A stretch of DNA of 24,201 nucleotides from a virus. Its lineage: Duplodnaviria > Heunggongvirae > Uroviricota > Caudoviricetes. The notes beneath the pieces were generated by a model, which saw only the letters and a program-made list of their open reading frames with translations, had not been told where the DNA came from and ran no database searches. The translations under genes and the position numbers were made by a program. This document shows, piece after piece, positions 16,995 through 24,201 of the stretch; the stretch's first letter is position 1, and each line of letters opens with the position of its first letter. The stretch is from IMG/VR virus record IMGVR_UViG_2545824708_000017, one strand, 5' to 3'.

Positions 16995-18576
16995 GTGGTG
17001 TTGTCTCCTCTTCCGGCCTGCGACTCTCCGCTATCTGCTGCTCATACGCCTGCGCTATCCACACCGGACGTGAGAGTCCGGCTTTTTGTCGCTCAGCAGA
17101 TTCCCTGACCTGCTGGCGGAAAATGTCCTGATAATCCTCGCCCATCAGCGCCAGCTCTTTCTCATACGTGCTCAGTCCGGCCTCAATGCGCATCACTGAT
17201 TCCTGGACTTCCTTGAGCCCGTCAATGGCCATTCTTCCGGCTCCAATCCACTCAGCCCGTGACCAGGCTGATCGCGCCTGATAAAAATCAAAACGCGCCC
17301 GTGGCGGACGAATAATCCCCCGAAGAAGTGCCTCTTCCAGCCAGCAGGAAAACATCTGCGTGGCCAGCCGGGACGCAATAAATTTTCGTCGTCCCATAAA
17401 ATAGCGCCACGACTCATTGGCGGAGGCGCGGGCACTTGAATAACTGACCTTCGAGTAATCCCGGGACAACTGTTCGTAGGAAACGCCAAGACCGGCGGCG
17501 ATATACCGCAGCAGCGCCTGTTCAAGCGCCGAAAATCCATTGTCTGAATCCTGCGCAGTCTGCAGTTTCAGATCATCACCGGGGAAAAGGTGCGGAATTT
17601 TGACACCGCCCAGCGTCACGTTATTCGTGTCATACCAGGTGGAGAACTTATCCAGAATATTAATAAGCGGATTATCCTTCTGCCCCTGCGGCGCACCGGC
17701 GATATATTCAAAGGCCTTTTCGGTATCAAGTTCACTTTCAATCGTCGCTGCATACATGGCTTTCACAATGGCCGACTGAAGCTGTGTTGCCTGCAGGGAA
17801 TCCAGCATCTTCAGCCGTTCCATGACGCTGTAAAACTGATTAGCCCCACGGGTCTGCCCGTCCTCCACCGGCTCGAAAATATGCAGCATGGCCGGACGCC
17901 CGGTGGGTAGTTCACGCGGGATCCGTTCCCATCGTCCACTACCAGAGAACGGAAAATCATCCTCACAGATATGGTACGCAACGGCACGGCCATATCGATC
18001 GACCTCCACCCCGGCCCGCAGAAAACGGTTCCCCATACCGTGTCCTGGCGTGTCCACCCGTTTCGGACTCACGGCTTTAAAACGCGTACGAAACAGTTGC
18101 GTGCTCTCCGTATCCCAGACCGGCTGCACAAAGATTTCGCCGTTAAACGCATGAACGCCCACACCTTCACGAATAAATTCCGTAAACGTGCGTTTCTCTT
18201 CCACGTCGATCTCGCCAGACATCCCTTCGGCGTATTCCGACCAGGCCGCCTCCACCTCATCGACAAAACTTTTTGCCGCAGTCTCCCGCATCCCCAGCCA
18301 GCGCCAGTTCGGACGGTAGCTGATCAGAAACATATGCCCGACAATATGATCCTTATGCAGGGCCACCGCATTGGCCGCTATCCCGTTATTGCGCACCAGA
18401 TCATCTGCCCGGGCATTCCCCAGACGCAACGCAGGCAGCAGGGCTGCATCGGCACTCTGCGCCGGTGGCAACCACTCCGCCATTTGCCCGCCAAATCCTG
18501 CGCCGCCCCCGTTGTAGCTGAGACTCTCACGAAGCGGAACGCCGTTCACATCAATCAGGACAGGCGTTCGTTTCAT
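16984..18576 (-). CDS. B: Portal protein B
   Basis: 530-aa ORF (lambda gpB 533 aa); between W and C; motifs HIFEPVEDGQTRGAN and DSLQ.TQLQSAIVKAMYAATIESELDT match lambda portal. Confidence 0.93.
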   Translation of the reverse strand: MKRTPVLIDVNGVPLRESLSYNGGGAGFGGQMAEWLPPAQSADAALLPALRLGNARADDLVRNNGIAANAVALHKDHIVGHMFLISYRPNWRWLGMRETAAKSFVDEVEAAWSEYAEGMSGEIDVEEKRTFTEFIREGVGVHAFNGEIFVQPVWDTESTQLFRTRFKAVSPKRVDTPGHGMGNRFLRAGVEVDRYGRAVAYHICEDDFPFSGSGRWERIPRELPTGRPAMLHIFEPVEDGQTRGANQFYSVMERLKMLDSLQATQLQSAIVKAMYAATIESELDTEKAFEYIAGAPQGQKDNPLINILDKFSTWYDTNNVTLGGVKIPHLFPGDDLKLQTAQDSDNGFSALEQALLRYIAAGLGVSYEQLSRDYSKVSYSSARASANESWRYFMGRRKFIASRLATQMFSCWLEEALLRGIIRPPRARFDFYQARSAWSRAEWIGAGRMAIDGLKEVQESVMRIEAGLSTYEKELALMGEDYQDIFRQQVRESAERQKAGLSRPVWIAQAYEQQIAESRRPEEETTPRET

Positions 18577-18779
18577 AACCTCACTCCCAGCGGACGACGG
18601 CGACGTCGGGTTGTCCCCAGTACCGACTCCGCATCATTGATCGCCCGGTTAAGCTCATCCAGAGAAGCCGCCGTATATTCAATTCTGCGACCATCTTTCT
18701 GGACAGACACCACCCGTTTACCGGTTAATAAATCAAGGCGCGCCTGACGTAGCGCCTGTAGTTCAGCGACTGTAACCAT
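18573..18779 (-). CDS. W: Head-tail connector / head completion protein W
   Basis: 68-aa ORF; LLTGKRVVSVQKDGRRIEYTA...RRRRRP matches lambda gpW (68 aa). Confidence 0.9.
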   Translation of the reverse strand: MVTVAELQALRQARLDLLTGKRVVSVQKDGRRIEYTAASLDELNRAINDAESVLGTTRRRRRPLGVRL

Positions 18780-20691
18780 TCACTCCTCCGGACAGCTTCG
18801 CTGCCAGTTCTTTCAGGGTTGGCCGGGTCGTCTCTTCTTCCCGGGATTTTGCCAGTACAGCCAGATCAAGCTGCCAGCGTTGCACGGACACACGTAATGC
18901 CGCGTAGGCATACACCAGGCAGTCCAGCGCTTCGTTACGCCGCTTTTTGTTATCCCACAGCAGACGCATCTTTCCTTTTTCCCACTTCTCCACAAGCTCT
19001 TCCGCGACCAGTTGCTGCGCCTCTGTCTGCGAAAAAATCTCCGGATCATCAGGAAAACGGATGGCATACGACGTGGCTTCATCCGCAGGAGGGGGATCGG
19101 CTTTCATACGGGCATAGAGAATTTCTTTTGCGGTGTCCGTCCCCACTTCACACAGATACACGCCCCGCTGATTGCGGGTTTTCGGCATGGTGATCACCGG
19201 CTTGCCATAGACAGATGCGCCTTTTACCGGCAGCACCCGGAAAACACCGTGTTTTTTTGACCTCTGATAGACAATTTCACCATCGATCCCCCCGGTGTCC
19301 CAGCAGACACGGGAAATGGTCATTTCGGTTCCGTCTGCATGGCAGTATTTTTTGTTGATCGCCGCATCCACACGTAACAGCGTCTCTTCCTCATCGGGAC
19401 GGCCCATAATGATGATTTTATCCACCAGAAAGGCTTCCTCTCCCTGTGCCCATCCCCAGACATACATCTCAAAACGGTTTCGCTGCGAGTCAATGCCCGC
19501 CGTCAGATAAACCACCCGGGCAGGCACCGCCGCCGTGTAACGCACCACCTTATCCATCAGTACCTGGTGATCGAGTTTTTCGCCCACGGCCTCTTCCCAG
19601 GTCTCGCCCAGCGTGGTGTTCACAAAGGTTTTCAGGCCGTTGGGATCTTTCAGTGCATCCAGCCAGTCATAGACTATCTGTATCCAGGTGGTGAACGGAC
19701 TGTACGCCGTCCAGATATGGAACGTGATGGAGCGCGGCGGCGGAATTTCATCCCCCCGGGCGCTGAAAAACATCAGGCCGTCACGGGTCCACATACCCGT
19801 GTTTTCACAGATCCAGCGCCCGTTACTCTGGTCAAGCTCAGACTGATGGATCACGCAGCCATGATGTTCACAGAGGTAGAAAACGCTTTCGGGGCTGTCC
19901 TTCTCCCATTTAAGGCCAAAAGGCGTGGATTCATCGCCAAATTTCAGATACTGCGCCTCCCCACAGTGCGGGCAGGGCACATAGAAACGCATGAAATGCG
20001 CCGACTCGTTGGCCGCTTTTTCGATCTGGCAGGTACCTTTGATTTTAGGCGTCGAGCCGCGAATGGATTTTGGCCATACAGAGCCCTCAATACGCTTATC
20101 CCCCAGCAGGGTTGGCGAGCCCTCTTTTTCGACATCCGGCTCGAACGAGGAAAGTTCGTCATAGCAGACCACGTCCACGGATTTTTCACGGTAGTTTTTG
20201 GCGGCAGCGCCGCCCAGGCACCAGAAACCGACGCCCGATGAAAAGCGTTTCAGCGTGAGAGTATTGTCACGATGTTTACGACCCAGCCATGGGGAAAGGT
20301 CTTTCAGGCATGGCACGTTCCGAATCGTCGCCTCCACGTGAGACTTCATAAAATCTTCAGCGGCAGAATCCGTGGGCTGAAAAAGCAGACTGTTTCGGGA
20401 TTTATGCTCAATAAAATACCCGACCACCCCCAGCAACATCTTTGTATAGCCAACACGGGCAGATTTAATCAGGTTAACCGTGCGAACCTGGTCGTTACCC
20501 ATACAGTTCATAATGGCGATCTGGAATGGCAGCGTTTTCCATTCGCCCTCACCATATGAAGATTCTTTAGGCAGATAATAATTTTGATCAGCCCATTCAA
20601 CTGCCGTCATTGGTACAACCCTGACCAGAGGCTGCAGCGCAACCGAAACGGCAGCCATCATATTATTCAGTTGTTGCTCTGATATATTCAT
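18763..20691 (-). CDS. A: Terminase large subunit A
   Basis: High similarity to lambda gpA throughout (TAVEWADQNYYLPKES, KSARVGYTKMLLGV, Walker-like region, FHIWTAYSPFTTW, CWDTGGID, RRNEALDC). Start placed at MNISEQQLNN (642 aa; lambda 641 aa, starts MNIS...) rather than the track start at 20748; overlaps the Nu1 3' end by about 29 nt, as in lambda. Confidence 0.93.
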   Translation of the reverse strand: MNISEQQLNNMMAAVSVALQPLVRVVPMTAVEWADQNYYLPKESSYGEGEWKTLPFQIAIMNCMGNDQVRTVNLIKSARVGYTKMLLGVVGYFIEHKSRNSLLFQPTDSAAEDFMKSHVEATIRNVPCLKDLSPWLGRKHRDNTLTLKRFSSGVGFWCLGGAAAKNYREKSVDVVCYDELSSFEPDVEKEGSPTLLGDKRIEGSVWPKSIRGSTPKIKGTCQIEKAANESAHFMRFYVPCPHCGEAQYLKFGDESTPFGLKWEKDSPESVFYLCEHHGCVIHQSELDQSNGRWICENTGMWTRDGLMFFSARGDEIPPPRSITFHIWTAYSPFTTWIQIVYDWLDALKDPNGLKTFVNTTLGETWEEAVGEKLDHQVLMDKVVRYTAAVPARVVYLTAGIDSQRNRFEMYVWGWAQGEEAFLVDKIIIMGRPDEEETLLRVDAAINKKYCHADGTEMTISRVCWDTGGIDGEIVYQRSKKHGVFRVLPVKGASVYGKPVITMPKTRNQRGVYLCEVGTDTAKEILYARMKADPPPADEATSYAIRFPDDPEIFSQTEAQQLVAEELVEKWEKGKMRLLWDNKKRRNEALDCLVYAYAALRVSVQRWQLDLAVLAKSREEETTRPTLKELAAKLSGGVNGYSR

Positions 20692-21172
20692 CGAGTAAAT
20701 CCGGTAATTTATCCCCTGCCCGCGCACACTGATTTGCCCCCTTAGCAATAAGGGTTTTCAGATGGTCAAGATGGCGCGGTGTTAAATCAGGAAACTGTCG
20801 CTGCATGGATAAAGGGATGGAATCAAGCGTACTGGATAACGCCATTGCCAGCTTACTGAGGGCAAAAATACAGAACCCGGTGTCAATAAGTTTTCCTTTT
20901 GACACCTCATTTTTTAACTGCTGTGTAACAGCCTGTTCTGCTGTCAGTTCCCATCTGGCAATAAGCAATTTCTCCTCATAGTCGTCTTCGCTATCGCCAT
21001 CAGGCACATCGTTTTTACTTCTCCTCAGATACGATATGTAAAAATCGCGCCAGGCATCCAGATCCAGTTGCCCTCGCTTATTCGATATCGGGGCACCCGG
21101 CAATTTCTGCAATCTGCGAAGCTGGCGATCGGTCAGACTTAAATGCCTGGCAACTTCAGTCTGCGTAGCCAC
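20663..21172 (-). CDS. Nu1: Terminase small subunit Nu1
   Basis: 169-aa ORF from a GTG start; C-terminal half (DTGFCIFALSKLA...LSMQRQFPDL..RHLD.LK) matches lambda Nu1; N-terminal helix-turn-helix (TQTEVARHLSLTDRQLRRL) differs from lambda. First gene after cos. Confidence 0.8.
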   Translation of the reverse strand: MATQTEVARHLSLTDRQLRRLQKLPGAPISNKRGQLDLDAWRDFYISYLRRSKNDVPDGDSEDDYEEKLLIARWELTAEQAVTQQLKNEVSKGKLIDTGFCIFALSKLAMALSSTLDSIPLSMQRQFPDLTPRHLDHLKTLIAKGANQCARAGDKLPDLLDEYIRATTE

Positions 21173-21219
21173 TCCTCACCTCGCAAAAACTCTCACCTCA
21201 CAATCACAACAAAACCGGT

Positions 21220-21230
21220 CATGTCCGGTT
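21220..21230 (+). repeat. cosB-like R repeat 1 (catgtccggtt)
   Basis: Exact 11-mer catgtccggtt; one of three copies between Nu1 start and cosN. Confidence 0.5.
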
Positions 21231-21249
21231 TACATGTCTGTTTTTTGTT

Positions 21250-21260
21250 CATGTCCGGTT
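21250..21260 (+). repeat. cosB-like R repeat 2 (catgtccggtt)
   Basis: Exact direct repeat of the 11-mer, 30 bp from repeat 1. Confidence 0.5.
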
Positions 21261-21307
21261 CACAGAAGACCTGTTTTTATATTTTTCATATAGTTAACTT
21301 GAAGAGA

Positions 21308-21318
21308 AACCGGACATG
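21308..21318 (-). repeat. cosB-like R repeat 3 (inverted copy, aaccggacatg on plus strand)
   Basis: Exact reverse complement of the 11-mer, 38 bp from cosN; separated from repeat 2 by an AT-rich spacer. Confidence 0.5.
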
Positions 21319-21355
21319 GATCCCGGAAAATTTTCATAAATAGCGAAAACCCGCG

Positions 21356-21367
21356 AGGTCGCCGCCC
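21356..21367 (-). other. cosN: 12-nt cohesive-end sequence (GGGCGGCGACCT on minus strand)
   Basis: Minus strand 21367-21330 reads GGGCGGCGACCTCGCGGGTTTTCGCTATTTATGAAAATTTTCCGG, identical to the lambda left end as recalled; flanking cgacaggttacgg matches the lambda right end. Confidence 0.85.
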
Positions 21368-21404
21368 CGTAACCTGTCGGATCGCCGGAAAGGACCCACG
21401 AAAA

Positions 21405-21419
21405 TGATAATAATTATCA
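21405..21419. promoter_or_regulatory. Fur-box-like 7-1-7 palindrome TGATAAT-A-ATTATCA
   Basis: Perfect inverted repeat matching the Fur box core (tGATAATnATTATCa); 14 of 19 matches to the classical GATAATGATAATCATTATC. Lies about 40 bp outside cosN and about 155 bp upstream of the YlcI-like gene. Confidence 0.4.
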
Positions 21420-21574
21420 TCTACATGAGGTTTATCACGACATGTGTGTACGCCATCAAACCACGAGAAATAATCAATTATTACGCAGGTATCGTATTAA
21501 TTGATCTGCATCAAATTAGCGTAAAAGCAACTTCAGATAATACAAATCAGCAACACTGAATACGGGGCAACATT

Positions 21575-21799
21575 ATGTCATCAAAGAACAGAACCCGCAG
21601 AACAACAACCCGCAACATCCGATTTCCAAACCAGATAATTGAACAAATTAACATCGCTCTTGACCTGAAAGGTTCAGGTAATTTTTCAGCGTGGGTTATT
21701 GAAGCCTGCAGAAGAAGATTAATTAATGAAAAATATTCTCAATTTGTACCCAACAAAGACAAACACGACCAGAGCACCTGTTCAGACAGGTTTACTTAA
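21575..21799 (+). CDS. YlcI/YnfO-family small protein (DUF3950-like), prophage-encoded
   Basis: 74-aa ORF; N-terminus MSSKNRTRRTTTRNIRFPNQIIEQINIAL...GSGNFSAWVIEACRRRL closely matches E. coli prophage YlcI/YnfO as recalled; these lie next to cos/terminase in lambdoid prophages. Confidence 0.6.
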   Translation: MSSKNRTRRTTTRNIRFPNQIIEQINIALDLKGSGNFSAWVIEACRRRLINEKYSQFVPNKDKHDQSTCSDRFT

Positions 21800-21817
21800 A
21801 CGACTTATATATGACAC

Positions 21818-21848
21818 AAAAAGCGACCACTAAAGTCGCTTTTTCTTA
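21818..21848. terminator. Bidirectional rho-independent terminator between convergent genes
   Basis: aaaaagcgac(21818-21827)/gtcgcttttt(21835-21844) with 7-nt loop; A-run on one side and T-run on the other. Confidence 0.6.
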
Positions 21849-21880
21849 TGGTAACAGGCAATAACTCTCTCAGATATTTT

Positions 21881-22195
21881 TTAGCATTTTTTTGACCGCG
21901 CGTTTCCGGACGTATTCTGTTCTCCTGTCCCTTTATATCGTCGGAATACCCGCCGCTCTTCAAATCCCATTCCCAACTCAGAATGTAGTCTGTTGACCGC
22001 TTGTTTTATTTCGGTCAGGTTCACCGGTGAAACCGGAGTCCGGCGCGCCTTACGCAAACACTCTGCTCGTTTCTGTGCCGCCACTTTTCTTTTCTGGTCA
22101 TCACTTAGCTGTACCATCACTTTTGCCCATCGTTCAGCTGCTCTCCGGTACAGTCCTTTTTTCTCCAGACATTCTGCCACGTGATCATGTAGCAT
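21881..22195 (-). CDS. PerC-family transcriptional regulator homolog (Pch-like)
   Basis: 104-aa basic ORF with strong GGAGGT Shine-Dalgarno 5 nt upstream; N-terminal AECLEKKGLYRRAAERWAKVM resembles the conserved PerC/Pch N-terminal motif (recall only). Occupies the position where lambda carries bor. Confidence 0.5.
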   Translation of the reverse strand: MLHDHVAECLEKKGLYRRAAERWAKVMVQLSDDQKRKVAAQKRAECLRKARRTPVSPVNLTEIKQAVNRLHSELGMGFEERRVFRRYKGTGEQNTSGNARSKKC

Positions 22196-22240
22196 AAGTG
22201 ACCTCCGATTATCTACAGACTGCCATCCTGAATTTACCTT

Positions 22241-22318
22241 CCCTTAATGAAATAACAATAAAAAACAAACCACGCAAAAACAATAAAACAACACACAAAA
22301 AAACTAAATAATAAACAA
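22241..22318 (+). repeat. Low-complexity A/C-only tract (about 78 nt, almost no G or T) in an AT-rich ORF-free spacer
   Basis: aataacaataaaaaacaaaccacgcaaaaacaataaaacaacacacaaaaaaactaaataataaacaaaaataatcacc; strong strand compositional skew; followed by a T-rich run. Confidence 0.6.
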
Positions 22319-22659
22319 AAATAATCACCTTATTTTATTATTTTTTGAGGGAGCAATTACTGAACAAAAAACGCTGACTATATACTCAAAACCAAACAAC
22401 TATTCTGCCAATCAGGTATCATGGCAACACACGGAATTACCGTGTTTTTGCCTTCTCTGCCCATACAATACGGGCATATACTTCATTCTCTATTGTAATA
22501 TTTCTATCCATGTGCCCCACTCCATTTACCTGTAAATAATATTCAAAATATTTATCACAGAAATCGTTTTTGGCCATGAACTGAGCACACTATAAAGTCC
22601 GGAACTGACTCTTTGTTAAATTACCTTAACGTTACCAGTAACACCTTCATAACAAAACA

Positions 22660-23127
22660 TCACGGTATACACTGGGTACGGATATATTCCTGTGCTCCTT
22701 CCAGTTGCTTCTGCATTGCCATCAGCCGTTCTCTGAGGATGAAATAATCCCGTTCAGCGGTGTCTGCCAGTCGGGGGCCGGTTGCATTATCCACGCCGGA
22801 GGTGCCGGTGGCTTCACGCACGGTACCGGAGCAGGTGGCGTTGATCCGCAGGCGCTTACGACCAGCGGCAACATCAGCACGCAGAGTTTCATTTTCAGCT
22901 CTCGCATCGGCTAATTCCCTCGAGTATCTGGCATCAAGTGCAGCGACATCACGCTGGCGTATCTGCATATCAGTAATTGTCGCGTTCGCCAGCTCCAGCT
23001 CACTGGCTTTTTTATCGCGCTGCTCTTTGTAGATGATGGCGTGATCACGGTAATGATTCAGCCCCAGACTAAGCGCACCACAGGCCACCAGCAGGACAAT
23101 GATAACCACGCACAGAACACGGTTCAT
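22660..23127 (-). CDS. Rz: Inner-membrane spanin Rz
   Basis: NHYRD..I.YK.QRDK, ITDMQ.RQRDVAALDA, LRERL.AMQKQLEG match lambda Rz. Start placed at MNRVL (155 aa; GGTGGTGA Shine-Dalgarno) rather than the track start at 23184. Confidence 0.85.
   Translation of the reverse strand: MNRVLCVVIIVLLVACGALSLGLNHYRDHAIIYKEQRDKKASELELANATITDMQIRQRDVAALDARYSRELADARAENETLRADVAAGRKRLRINATCSGTVREATGTSGVDNATGPRLADTAERDYFILRERLMAMQKQLEGAQEYIRTQCIP
22722..22907 (-). CDS. Rz1: Outer-membrane spanin Rz1 (lipoprotein, embedded in +1 frame of Rz)
   Basis: 61-aa ORF wholly inside Rz; lipobox LVVSAC; Pro-rich CVKPPAPPAWIMQPAPDWQTPLNGIISSSE matches lambda Rz1. Confidence 0.75.
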   Translation of the reverse strand: MRELKMKLCVLMLPLVVSACGSTPPAPVPCVKPPAPPAWIMQPAPDWQTPLNGIISSSENG

Positions 23128-23128
23128 A

Positions 23129-23242
23129 TCACCACCAACGGATTGCCCAGACCAGAACAGCAATGGCCACAATACGAATGGCAAAAGCTGCCGCTCTTGT
23201 TAAATCCAGACTGGCTGGCGTCTCCACTTCAATGCCTTTCAT
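23129..23242 (-). CDS. Hypothetical 37-aa membrane peptide, translationally coupled to Rz (speculative)
   Basis: My translation gives MKGIEVETPASLDLTRAAAFAIRIVAIAVLVWAIRWW with one predicted transmembrane helix; GAGG Shine-Dalgarno about 9 nt upstream; TGA stop 1 nt before the Rz ATG. Below the track's length cutoff. Confidence 0.2.
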   Translation of the reverse strand: MKGIEVETPASLDLTRAAAFAIRIVAIAVLVWAIRWW

Positions 23243-23344
23243 AATGGACAACCTCAGAAAGAATCTTTTATACTTCCTCACAGGGAAAGTACCTCCCTAC
23301 CCATAATTTCTCCCTTGCCTTACTCAAGGTCAGAAAACACAAAA

Positions 23345-23374
23345 CCCCGCTTGCTGCCAACAAACGGGGTTTTT
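23345..23374. terminator. Hairpin with flanking A/T runs in the R-Rz intergenic gap
   Basis: ccccgcttg(23345-23353)/caaacgggg(23361-23369), 8 of 9 bp paired, followed by ttttt and preceded by aaaa. Confidence 0.35.
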
Positions 23375-23462
23375 ACTTTTATTCACTTAGGTTTTACCAG
23401 TTTTCAGGATTTCGTGTTATCCACCCGCGTTGGCCAACGTCATTTTTCAGGAAAATATTCTG

Positions 23463-23957
23463 CTATCTGTCGATGTCCCAGCACGCCAGCGCGCTCTCCT
23501 GGTCACGCCGTGAGACCTGACCGTAGCAATTATTTGAACGGATACGGCAGTCTCTGCCACCGTCCTTAATCCACCAGCGAATCGCCTCACAGGCACCTTT
23601 TCGATCGCCTGCATTAATTCGTTTATAAAACGTCGACGGGAAGCACTTACCGGGGCCAATGTTGTACGGACAGAATGACGCGATCCCCGCTTTCTGGGGT
23701 TCGGTCAGCGGCACCCGGATGTTTTTCTCCACCCATGCCAGCGCCTTGTCACGTTCGATGGCATTAACCCGGTCGCATTTTTCCTTTGACAGCTTCATGC
23801 CAGGAATAACAGGCTTACCATCCACCAGAATGGCACCACGGCAGATGGTCCAGATCCCCGCACCATCACGGTATGCCGTGGTGTGGTTACCTTCCTTTTC
23901 ATCCAGAAACTGGTCGAGGATTTCAGGCGCAGAAGCACCTGCACCAATCAGCGCCAG
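23463..23957 (-). pseudogene. R: Phage endolysin R (lysozyme family), 5' end truncated by IS1 insertion
   Basis: Reading frame is open from the IS1 boundary (...LALIGAGASAPEILDQFLDEKEGNHTTAYRDGAGIWTICRG...) to the stop at 23463, with no start codon for the hydrophobic N-terminus; the in-frame stop just upstream is IS1's own. C-terminus CYGQVSRRDQESALACWDIDR resembles endolysins of 933W-like prophages. Confidence 0.75.
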
Positions 23958-24201
23958 GGTAATGACTCCAACTTACTGATAGTGTTTTATGTTCAGATAA
24001 TGCCCGATGACCTTGTCATGCAGCTCCGCCGATTTTGAGAACGACAGTGACTTCCGTCCCAGCCTTGCCAGATGTTGTCTCAGATTCAGATTATGTCGCT
24101 CAATGCGCTGAGTGTAACGCTTGCTGATAACGTGCAGCTTTCCCTTCAGGCATGATTCATACAGCGGCCAGCCATCCGTCATCCATACCACGACCTCAAA
24201 G
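23958..24201 (-). mobile_element. IS1 insertion sequence, one terminus plus insB 3' end (partial; continues past window end)
   Basis: ggtaatgactccaacttactgatagtgttttatgttcagataatgcccgatgac is the reverse complement of the IS1 terminal inverted repeat; the adjacent ORF encodes the InsB C-terminus. Confidence 0.9.
23973..24201 (-). CDS. insB: IS1 transposase InsB, C-terminal part (partial)
   Basis: [72 protein letters not shown] matches IS1 InsB C-terminus from memory. Confidence 0.9.
   Translation of the reverse strand, partial: FEVVVWMTDGWPLYESCLKGKLHVISKRYTQRIERHNLNLRQHLARLGRKSLSFSKSAELHDKVIGHYLNIKHYQ

Noticed and set aside
17971-18747. 258-aa plus-strand ORF
   Set aside because: Antisense to portal B and W; Arg-rich antisense artefact.
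19567-20241. 224-aa plus-strand ORF
   Set aside because: Antisense to the well-supported terminase large subunit gene A.
21260-21308. Possible IHF site in the AT-rich cosB spacer
   Set aside because: Could not find a clean match to the WATCAANNNNTTR consensus by inspection; left as unannotated.
21143-21343. 66-aa plus-strand ORF spanning cosB
   Set aside because: Lies across the cos R-repeat region, which is a DNA-level cis element; the ORF is probably fortuitous.
23041-23244. 67-aa plus-strand ORF
   Set aside because: Antisense to the Rz start and the small coupled ORF; Gln/Pro-rich with no recognisable features.
1-24201. CRISPR arrays, tRNA or rRNA genes, integrase or attachment site
   Set aside because: No regularly spaced direct repeats, no tRNA-like cloverleaf candidates and no integrase-like ORF were seen; the window covers only the late region.

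Overview
This window is the late (morphogenesis) region of a lambdoid prophage of an enterobacterial host, almost entirely encoded on the minus strand in canonical lambda gene order. Reading the minus strand from high to low coordinates: a lysis cassette whose endolysin gene is cut at its 5' end by an IS1 copy (R fragment, a small ORF, Rz with embedded Rz1), an AT-rich ORF-free spacer, a PerC-like regulator gene and a convergent YlcI/YnfO-like gene, a lambda-type cos site, then Nu1-A-W-B-C(Nu3)-D-E-FI-FII-Z-U-V-G/T-H-M-L-K-I, a plus-strand sodC insertion, J, lom and the start of stf. Gene calls come from the ORF track plus my own recall of lambda and related prophage proteins; no database search was possible. 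The lambda G-T slippery heptamer and the 12-nt cosN cohesive-end sequence are both present. I do not see a novel multi-gene system (no CRISPR, no tRNA, no obvious defence island). The most noteworthy features are the accessory insertions (sodC, lom, PerC-like, YlcI-like), the IS1-disrupted endolysin, non-lambda cosB repeats paired with a divergent Nu1, a Fur-box-like palindrome beside cos, and tandem repeats in the scaffold part of gene C.
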